From the NCBI GenBank assembly GCA_046758505.1, contig JBHIAH010000010.1, forward strand, positions 1 to 58,964: a stretch of DNA of 58,964 nucleotides, given 5' to 3'. Source of the DNA: Candidatus Methylomirabilales bacterium (GTDB lineage: Bacteria > Methylomirabilota > Methylomirabilia > Methylomirabilales > CSP1-5). Below the pieces are notes generated by a model. The model saw only the letters and a program-made list of their open reading frames with translations, did not search any database and had not been told where the DNA came from. Positions within the stretch are counted from its first letter, which is position 1, and every line of letters begins with the position of its first letter. Shown here piece after piece: positions 39,916-47,334 of this stretch. The position numbers and the translations under genes are program-made.

Positions 39916-40770
39916 CTAGGGTCCCCAGGAGGGGCCCCCTTCGTAGCTTGGGCTTCGGGTTAGGTTTACAAAGGCCTTCGTCTTCAGGTCGACGGCGTAG
40001 ATGTCGCCGCCCCGCTCGAAGGCGAGCCATCTGCCGTCGGGGGAGAAGGAGGGTTGGATGTCGAAGGTGTCGGTCTCGGTCAGCCTGTTCAGGTTCGTGC
40101 CGTCCAGGTCCATAAGGTAGACCTCGAACTTCCCCCGCCGGTCCGAGACGAAGGCGATCCTCCGGCCATCGGGCGAGATGGCCGGATCCATATCGGTGGC
40201 GGGATCGGCCGTCAAGCGCCGTTCCTCGCCGGTCTTCAGGTCGAGAAGATAGATCTCCACCTGGCCGTCCCGATCCGAGATGAACGCGGCCCGGAACCCG
40301 TCCGGGCTGAATGCGGGTCAGGCGTTGTTCCCCGGCCCCCTGGTCAAACGCCGCAGGTTCGAGCCATCCGCGTCAATGACGAAGAGATCGGATTTCTCGT
40401 TCCGGAGGCCGTCGAAGACGATCCGGGTCCCATCACCGGAGAACCACGGACAGCCCTCGTAGGTTTCTGTTTTGGTCAGGTTGACCTCGTTCGAGCCGTC
40501 CGGATTCATGGCCCAGATATCACCGTCGCGTTGAAAGGCGATCCGGTCCCCCCGGGGGGAGAAGGAGGGGTTTCCATCTCTGGAGAGGCCGGGGGTGAGG
40601 GGCCGTTTGGTCCCCTCCTCGGCGGCGATGACGGCGATTCTGTATCGGACTCCACTTCCTTCGTGGAAAGTGATCCTCCCTTCCCGCCTGCCGCCTGCCT
40701 CGGCACATCCGAGGGCGAGCAGCCCGGCGACGATCATGGCCGTCAGCAAGACGATCCCTCGCCGACCCAT
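39916..40770 (-). CDS. TolB-like (PD40) beta-propeller lipoprotein, predicted selenoprotein (U151)
   Basis: Lipobox ALGC; ORFs 40318-40770 and 39916-40260 are one frame joined through TGA 40320-40318 (NNA-U-PAFSPDG); hairpin 40289-40307. Confidence 0.8.
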
Positions 40771-40796
40771 GGCAACCCTCCTTTCTCCTTAATTCC

Positions 40797-41306
40797 TTAA
40801 CGGATCTGAAACTGCTCGATCCGGGCCGCCTCCTCCCCTTCCGGGATCTGCCCTACAATAAAGATGGACTCGCCCTCCTGGCCGGCGGCCTTCTTCAGCG
40901 CCTCCAGCTTCTCATCACTGACAAGGGGGATGACCTGGTCCGTCCCCTTCACCTTGAAGGCCGGGCTCCCGTCTCGGGTGGTAAGCTGTCCCACCGCCTC
41001 GAACCGGATCCAGGTCGGGGTAAACCCCGAATCAACGACGGCCTTCCGGAGCTCCTCGACCTTCAGAGGCTGTCCCTCCTTGAGTTGGATGTCCGCCCGT
41101 GCTTTCTTGAGACTTGCCTTCACTTTGTCCACGCCATCCAGGCGTGAGAGGCCCTTTTGGGCCCCATACGCTCAGATGGGTCATATCATCCCGTCGATAC
41201 CCATCTGGACCGAGGAGATCTGTGCCTGGGCCAGTGGGGGATCGGCCAGCGTGGCGAAGAGGCTCATTGCAACGAGCAGGCTGAGAAATACGGCGAGCTT
41301 TCGCAT
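40797..41306 (-). CDS. Secreted HMA-domain protein, predicted double selenoprotein (GMI-U-PI-U-AYG)
   Basis: ATG 41306 with AGGAG RBS, signal peptide; TGA at 41183-41181 and 41174-41172; paralog of 37019-37552. Confidence 0.85.
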
Positions 41307-41321
41307 GGTGTCTCCTTTCTC

Positions 41322-42206
41322 CTAAAAGAGGTATCGGAATCCAAACAGCACGGTATAGTCGGGTTCCAGTCGGCCGCTCGGGAAGTCGTTGACGATCGGG
41401 ATCTGGACCCCTGTCTCGAAGAGCAGGTTCCCGGTGACGATGTACTGGATTCCGGGGGAAATAAAGAGCACGGTCCCGCCGGTGTTGATGTCTTTTCCGT
41501 CGATCGCGTTGTCGCCGGAGGTCCGGCCGTTGAACTCGATGCCCAGATTGAGCTGGGCGGGGGGCGTCGGCCATTCGGGGTACGTCTGATAGGCCAGGTA
41601 GAGGTCGTACAGCAAGACGTTCCCGAACTGAAAGTCCTTCGCCTCGGAGTTGATCTTGCCCCGAAGCGCCGCCTCGATGCTGTACCAGCTTCGGGTGGTA
41701 CCGGCAGCGATCCCCACGATGCCGTCCACGCCGCCCGAGCCGAGCTGGAGTGCGGGGGCTGCCGTGAGCCCGGGTCCCTTACTGGTGGAGCCCGAAGGGA
41801 GTTCGAGGCCGCCGATGACGGCCAGTTGGTCGCGGCCGAAGGGGAGATCTCGCCGATAGAAGGTGTACTTGCCGAAGAGAGTGATATCCCCGATGCCGCT
41901 GGCGTCGAAGGTCCCTGTGGGGGTTTCCAAGTGCTTGTTGACATATGGGACAGTCAGATTCAGCGTCGCGTTGGTCGCCAGGGCGTAGGAAAAGATGGCC
42001 GGGGCCGTCCAGACCTTGAGTTCCTTGCCTCCGCCTTCGAGCCTCTGGAATTGCCCGAAGGACCGCACCGCCGTCCCCAGAAAGAACTGAGTCCGGGGGC
42101 TTGCGCCGAAGATGGGGGCTGCCAGCACGCGGGCCGGCAGAAGGCCAACCCCGATAATCAATAGACCCATTTTCCAGCCCGTTCGGATCGCTCTCCGCTG
42201 CTGCAT
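41322..42206 (-). CDS. Outer-membrane beta-barrel 'transporter' (SphA/MetA-pathway-like)
   Basis: GIGDITLFGKY, ELPSG, LQLGSG, terminal FRYLF; paralog of 37579-38466. Confidence 0.8.
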   Translation of the reverse strand: MQQRRAIRTGWKMGLLIIGVGLLPARVLAAPIFGASPRTQFFLGTAVRSFGQFQRLEGGGKELKVWTAPAIFSYALATNATLNLTVPYVNKHLETPTGTFDASGIGDITLFGKYTFYRRDLPFGRDQLAVIGGLELPSGSTSKGPGLTAAPALQLGSGGVDGIVGIAAGTTRSWYSIEAALRGKINSEAKDFQFGNVLLYDLYLAYQTYPEWPTPPAQLNLGIEFNGRTSGDNAIDGKDINTGGTVLFISPGIQYIVTGNLLFETGVQIPIVNDFPSGRLEPDYTVLFGFRYLF

Positions 42207-42263
42207 AGATTCCCTCCGTAAGCTCATCACGGACGTGGTGGATAGCATTTAGAACATTCCCTC

Positions 42264-42446
42264 TCAGTGGCCGCCCGCCGCGATGGTCCCGGTATCCCCA
42301 AAGATGGGCCCCGCCTGGATCGCCCTTCGACGCGTACTTGTCCTAGCGCAGGCCGATACCAAAATGAGCAATAACAACATCACGACGAATCTCAATGCGG
42401 ACTCGGCCATTCGACCTCTGCCCTTGTCAATTCTTGCATTTGCCAT
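42264..42446 (-). CDS. Possible small lipoprotein
   Basis: Hydrophobic stretch with lipobox VSAC; fills the operon gap. Confidence 0.4.
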   Translation of the reverse strand: MANARIDKGRGRMAESALRFVVMLLLLILVSACARTSTRRRAIQAGPIFGDTGTIAAGGH

Positions 42447-42462
42447 AGTTGGCTCACGAAAT

Positions 42463-44868
42463 CTATTGCTCTCCACAGACGTGGCCGATCTCTCCAAGGG
42501 ACTTGCAGATCTCGGCCCGCTCCATCTGGCCATCCCGAAGGGTGACGGTGATGCGTTTATCCTTGACGTCCCCGTCTACCGCCTGGATGTCTGGCAGCTT
42601 CTCGAGCTTTTGGCGGATGCCGGTGAGGCACCCCTCGCAGTGTATCGTGGGAACCTTGAGTGTGAGCTTCTCCATGGTCACCTCCTCTTTGGTCTCGCGC
42701 CGTGGCAGCAGGCGGCCGCCGAAGGAGTTCAGGAGGACGGTCGTGACACTCGCCGCCATGGCAACCATGGCCATGACCGGGTGGACGAGACCCGTGACGG
42801 CCGCCGGGACGCCGATGCCGTTGAAGGCAAAGGCGAGGGAGACGTTCTGCACCGTCTTGCGGAAACTGCTCTTGCCGATGTAGTAGGCATCCACCACTCC
42901 CCCCAGCCGGTCCCCCACCAGGATGACGTCGGCGGACTCGATCGCAATGTCGGTTCCGGCCCCGACCGCGATCCCGACGTCGGCCTGCATGAGCGCGGGG
43001 GCGTCATTGATGCCATCTCCGACCATGGCCACACGGTAGCCTTGCTGCTGAAGCTTTCGCACCTGTTCGGCCTTCTGGCCAGGGAGGACTTCCGCAATGA
43101 CATCCGTGATGCCGACCTGGCCGGCCACGGCCTTTGCGGTTCGCCGGTTATCGCCGGTGAGCATCGCCGGTTCCAGGCCGGCGCCCTTCATCCGGGCCAC
43201 GGCGTGGGCGGCGTCGTCCTTGAGGGTGTCAGCGATGGCGATCAACCCCGCGAGCTGGCCCGTCTCGGCCGCGGCCACGACGGTTCGCCCCTGTTGTTCC
43301 ATCACCTCTACGCGCTCCTGGACCTGGGTGAGGTCTATGCCTTCGTCCGAGAGGAAGCGAGGGCTTCCGACCAGCACGGCTCTGTTATCAATCGTGGCCC
43401 TGATCCCCCGCCCCGGGATAGCCTGGAAGTCCAGGGCATCAAGAGGCACACGCCCATCCGCTGCCTCCGCGATGGCCCTGGCTAGGGGGTGCTCCGAGGG
43501 GCTCTCGGCGGCCGCGGCAAGCGCCAGCACCTCCTCCTCCATGTAATGGCCCGTCGGCACCACCTCGATCACCTGGGGCTTGCCCCTGGTGATGGTCCCC
43601 GTCTTATCCAGCACGACCTTCCTCACATCTTTGAAGACCTGGAAGGCCTCGCCCGAGCGCATCAGGATGCCCTGCTGGGCAGCCATGCCGCCGCCCCGGA
43701 TCATGGCGAGTGGGGTAGCCATCCCGAGGGCGCAGGGGTAGCCCATCACCAGCACCGCCAAGGTGGCAAAGATGGCCCGGGTGAAGTTCGGTTCTCCGAT
43801 GAGTAGCCAGGCGCCCAGAGTCCAGATCACGAATGCTGTCCCCGCTGCGACGAGTACCCCGGGGACAAACCACAGCAGCACGCGTTCCACCAGCTGCATG
43901 ATGCCCGGCTTGAGCGCCCGGGCTTCCTGGATGGAGCGGGCCACCTGCTCGAGGAAGCTTTCCTCTCCCACCTTGGTGACGCGCACGAGCAAGCTGCCCG
44001 TCTGGTTCATGGAGCCGCCGATGACCTCATCTCCGACGGCCTTCTCGACGGGAATGGACTCGCCCGTCACCAGGCTCTGATCCACCCCCGACAGTCCCTC
44101 CACCACCACGCCGTCCACCGGAAAGCTCTCGCCGGGGCGAATCCGCACGAGGTCCCCCGGTCGCACCTCCTCCGCGGGGAGTTCCTCTTCTCTCCCGTCC
44201 CGGACGACGCGGGCCGTCGGAGGCTGGAGGTCCATCAGTTTCTTGATGGCCTGCGAGCTCTTCGTGCGGACCAGCAGAGAGACGTATGCCGAGAGAATGT
44301 GATACGCGGTAATGAAGACAGCGGCCCCCATGAAGTCGGCCATGGGCCAGGGCTGCGTGAAGAACCCGACTGCGCCGCCGGCCAGGCCACCGAAGGCGCC
44401 GAACTCCATCAGCACGTGCTGGTTCAGGATCCCCCGTTTGAGCGAGGCCCACGCCATCTTGAGGATGGGCCAGCCTACGCCGAAGACCATCCCGAGCGCG
44501 AGGCCCAGCATCACCCACTTGAACAAGGGCTGCTGGACGCCCAGCCACATCGCGCTCATGAAGCCGAGGGAGACGAGCATGAAGCCGGCCGCCACCAGGA
44601 GCTGGTTCCGATGCCGACGCAGATCGGCCTCTTCCTCTTCAAAGGTCCGGACCTTCTTGGGGTCGCGCACCGTGTATCCCAGGCTTCGCAGGGTATCCCA
44701 GAGCTCTGTGGGGGTTACCTGCTCCGGGTCGTAGTGGACCAGCGCTTCCTCATGGGAGAGGCTCACGCCGACCTCCCCCACGCCGTCCATTTGCGTCAAG
44801 GCCTTGCGGATGCTCTCTACGCAGAAGGAGCACTGCATCCCGCCGATCTTTATTTGCAGCTTCTCCAT
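42463..44868 (-). CDS. Heavy-metal P1B-type ATPase with YPC motif and N- and C-terminal HMA domains
   Basis: GMQCSFC, TGES, GYPCALGMATP, DKTGT, SEHPL, GDGIND, C-terminal IHCEGC. Confidence 0.93.
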   Translation of the reverse strand: MEKLQIKIGGMQCSFCVESIRKALTQMDGVGEVGVSLSHEEALVHYDPEQVTPTELWDTLRSLGYTVRDPKKVRTFEEEEADLRRHRNQLLVAAGFMLVSLGFMSAMWLGVQQPLFKWVMLGLALGMVFGVGWPILKMAWASLKRGILNQHVLMEFGAFGGLAGGAVGFFTQPWPMADFMGAAVFITAYHILSAYVSLLVRTKSSQAIKKLMDLQPPTARVVRDGREEELPAEEVRPGDLVRIRPGESFPVDGVVVEGLSGVDQSLVTGESIPVEKAVGDEVIGGSMNQTGSLLVRVTKVGEESFLEQVARSIQEARALKPGIMQLVERVLLWFVPGVLVAAGTAFVIWTLGAWLLIGEPNFTRAIFATLAVLVMGYPCALGMATPLAMIRGGGMAAQQGILMRSGEAFQVFKDVRKVVLDKTGTITRGKPQVIEVVPTGHYMEEEVLALAAAAESPSEHPLARAIAEAADGRVPLDALDFQAIPGRGIRATIDNRAVLVGSPRFLSDEGIDLTQVQERVEVMEQQGRTVVAAAETGQLAGLIAIADTLKDDAAHAVARMKGAGLEPAMLTGDNRRTAKAVAGQVGITDVIAEVLPGQKAEQVRKLQQQGYRVAMVGDGINDAPALMQADVGIAVGAGTDIAIESADVILVGDRLGGVVDAYYIGKSSFRKTVQNVSLAFAFNGIGVPAAVTGLVHPVMAMVAMAASVTTVLLNSFGGRLLPRRETKEEVTMEKLTLKVPTIHCEGCLTGIRQKLEKLPDIQAVDGDVKDKRITVTLRDGQMERAEICKSLGEIGHVCGEQ

Positions 44869-44891
44869 GACACGACCTCCTTGGTGCCCCC

Positions 44892-44923
44892 AGGCTAAAC
44901 CTTCCAGCTAAGAGGAGAGTCAA
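44892..44923 (-). promoter_or_regulatory. MerR-type promoter, proximal copy
   Basis: TTGACT, 20 bp containing GGAAGGT, TAGCCT. Confidence 0.75.
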
Positions 44924-45024
44924 GAACTTTTTTCGCCTGCCAGTCCAGCCGAAAGGGCAGGGGACCTTGGGCCTTGGGGCGGCCGCGTTCTGCCTACTGT
45001 AGCGCTGCAGTCGGTCCTAGCTTG

Positions 45025-45056
45025 AGGCTAAACCTTCCAGTTGAGGAGGGACTCAA
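45025..45056 (-). promoter_or_regulatory. MerR-type promoter, distal copy overlapping the merR stop codon
   Basis: TTGAGT, 20 bp containing GGAAGGT, TAGCCT; near duplicate of 44892-44923. Confidence 0.6.
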
Positions 45057-45511
45057 GAACTTTTTTGGCGGTAGCGGGAGGGGAGAGAAAGGGGCTGGAT
45101 TTCTGCGCGTTCGATGTGGGGGCAGACCGAGCCGGCGCGGCCCCGCGTCCGGGGTCGGCTGGCCGATTTTCGTGCCAAACCGCTCAGCTCGTCGCGGAGG
45201 AGCGTGAGGTCTCTAATCTGGCGGGAGAGGGTGTGCACCCGTTCGGTGAGCAGGGCGTGCACGTGGGGACAGGGCAGATCCCCGCGTTGGCGCAGGGCGA
45301 TGATCTCACGGATCTCGGTCAGGGTGAAGCCGAGAGTCTTCGCCTTCTGGATAAATCGGAGGAGTTCAAGGGTCTGCGGAGTATAGAGACGGTATCGACT
45401 CTCGCTGCGCAGAGGCGGCGGCAGTAACCCCAGGCTCTCGTAATAGCGGATCGTCCGCGGATTGAGCCCGAGTTGCTTCGCAACCTTGCCGATAAATAAT
45501 GGTTGCCTCAT
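45053..45511 (-). CDS. MerR-family heavy-metal-responsive regulator
   Basis: IGKVAK...TIRYYESLGLL...YRLY...GFTLTEI; PCPHV and VCPHIE. Confidence 0.93.
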   Translation of the reverse strand: MRQPLFIGKVAKQLGLNPRTIRYYESLGLLPPPLRSESRYRLYTPQTLELLRFIQKAKTLGFTLTEIREIIALRQRGDLPCPHVHALLTERVHTLSRQIRDLTLLRDELSGLARKSASRPRTRGRAGSVCPHIERAEIQPLSLPSRYRQKSS

Positions 45512-45520
45512 CAGGCCTCC

Positions 45521-45549
45521 ATCCTAGGGCGTTAGGTGCATCCTGTCAA
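45521..45549 (-). promoter_or_regulatory. sigma70 promoter of merR
   Basis: TTGACA, 17 bp, TAGGAT, only 9 nt before the ATG. Confidence 0.65.
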
Positions 45550-45711
45550 GGTCAGCCATTTTTGTTTGGAAGCACACAGGAGGGATGATCGAACCGCCGT
45601 CGTGGAACCAGGCTTGCTTTCCTCATGGTCACCCCCTACAATTTGAATCTATAAGTACCATACACGGTTATTAGAACATATTGACCCGCCATTTGGTTTT
45701 TATCCGCGTCT

Positions 45712-46089
45712 TTACTCTGGCCTCACACAACGTCCTTCATGGTCAAGCATGCCCTCATGAGGTATGGTACCTTCTAAACGTTTAATGTAAAAATCAGGGT
45801 TCTTCTGGAACACTTCTGCGCAATATGGACAACCGCAAAAGTGCACTTCCTGCCCGGCAATCAACCTGACGGCCCGCTCGAGTGGCTTTTCACCCAAGCA
45901 GCTTGGGCATACAATCAGATCATCTATTTTCTTGAGGTATTTCTCAGGATCGGTGGTGAACAGGTCAACGCACCCCTGGCAACAGAAATGGTATTCTTCA
46001 CTGTTATAGCGGTAAGTAGCCGCCTTATCTTTGCTGACGCCTAGCCTGACCAGGGAACAACCACATGTCGGGCAAATGAGTGTTTTCAT
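45712..46089 (-). CDS. Tandem YHS/TRASH Cys-rich metal-binding protein
   Basis: CPTCGC...HFCCQGC...DPEKY and CPSC...HFCGCPYC...NPDFY; GGAGG RBS. Confidence 0.85.
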   Translation of the reverse strand: MKTLICPTCGCSLVRLGVSKDKAATYRYNSEEYHFCCQGCVDLFTTDPEKYLKKIDDLIVCPSCLGEKPLERAVRLIAGQEVHFCGCPYCAEVFQKNPDFYIKRLEGTIPHEGMLDHEGRCVRPE

Positions 46090-46208
46090 TTATTCCCTCC
46101 TGTTTTGTCCGCACCTCAGTTCCATGGCCGGCACTTCTTTAGGAGAAGGCTTCAGTATCTCCCCAATGGGTGAAGGGTCTCAAGCTGTAGGCGGGGGGGC
46201 GAAGTGCT

Positions 46209-46337
46209 CTAGGGCAGGACTGGTGTACGCCAGGGCGGTTTGGGGCGGAGCCACCCCAGGCTCTCGTAATAGCGGATCGTCCGCGGACTGAGCCCGAGTT
46301 GCTTCGCCACCTTGCCGATAAATAAAGGTTGCCCCAT
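46209..46337 (-). pseudogene. Truncated duplicate of the merR 5' end (HTH only)
   Basis: MGQPLFIGKVAKQLGLSPRTIRYYESLG then diverges; 46254-46376 resembles 45428-45550 including the promoter. Confidence 0.85.
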
Positions 46338-46495
46338 CAGGCCTCCATCCTAGGGGGCGAGACGCACCCTGTCAAGCCGAGGGTCTTGCTTCTCGTTGCC
46401 GTAATCAGAAGATTTCTTTCTCCACCTTTGATAATATAGACACAAAGAGGAGTCGGAATAGGGAGCTATCTTCGTTCGTAGAGAAGGAGACCCCG

Positions 46496-47242
46496 ATGGC
46501 CAAAGATCTCAATGTCACACAGATACAGGAGGCGGTGCAGAAGAAGTACGCAGCGGTCTCCCAGTCGGCGGAGGGCAGGTTTCAATACCCGACGGGAAGG
46601 GCGGGCGTGGAAGCGCTCGGTTACGACCTGTCGCTCGTCGGTCAGCTTCCGGATGAGGTCGTCGAATCCTTTTGCGGTGTGGGCAATCCGTTTTCCCTGG
46701 GGGCATTCAGACCTGGAGAGACAATCCTTGATGTGGGCTGTGGGGCGGGATTTGACCTCATCGTCGCGAGTTATCTGGTGGGTCCGTCGGGACAGGTATG
46801 CGGGATTGATCTGACCCCCGAAATGGTGGAACGGGCTCGGATGAACTTGAAACGAGCCGGGGTGTCGAACGGGCAGGTTCATCGTGCGGGCTCGGAGGCG
46901 ATTCCGTACGCCGACGGCACCTTCGACGTGGTGATCTCCAATGGTGTCCTCAATCTCTCGCCGTTAAAGGAAACGAGCTTTGAAGAGATCTACCGGGTCC
47001 TGAAGCCCCACGGCCGTCTGCAGTTCGCCGATATCGTCGTGAAAGCAGATCTACCCGCCGAGGTGGCCACGAGTCTAGAGGCCTGGTCGGAGTGAGTCGG
47101 CGGTGCGATCCCGGTTCGGGATCTTACCCAGTTGATGGCAAAGGTGGGGTTTGTTGGCGTGGAATCCGTGGGACCGACAGGGTTCGCGACCTCACGGTTC
47201 ACAGTCGGGGCGATGTTTCGTGCACGGAAGAGTGACAACTAA
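46496..47242 (+). CDS. ArsM-like SAM-dependent methyltransferase, predicted selenoprotein (WSE-U-VGGA)
   Basis: FCGVGNP, LDVGCGAG, VVISNGVLNL; TGA 47093-47095 read through to TAA 47240-47242; hairpin 47107-47123. Confidence 0.85.
47107..47123 (+). promoter_or_regulatory. Candidate bacterial SECIS element
   Basis: GATCCCG-GTT-CGGGATC stem-loop starting 11 nt after the in-frame TGA. Confidence 0.7.
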
Positions 47243-47334
47243 CGGGTGAAAAAAGGGGAGTGAGGAACGAAGAGCGATAGCCCGACACCCACGACCCAAA
47301 ACCTAACACCCAACACCGACAACCTAGGAATACG

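Noticed and set aside
42249..42266. Sec read-through of the small lipoprotein (GGH-TGA-EGMF-TAA)
   Set aside because: Only four extra codons, no convincing hairpin and no Cys-homolog argument
46152..46183. Possible MerR-type promoter for the tandem-YHS gene (TTGAGA...dyad)
   Set aside because: Weak dyad and poor -10; not supportable
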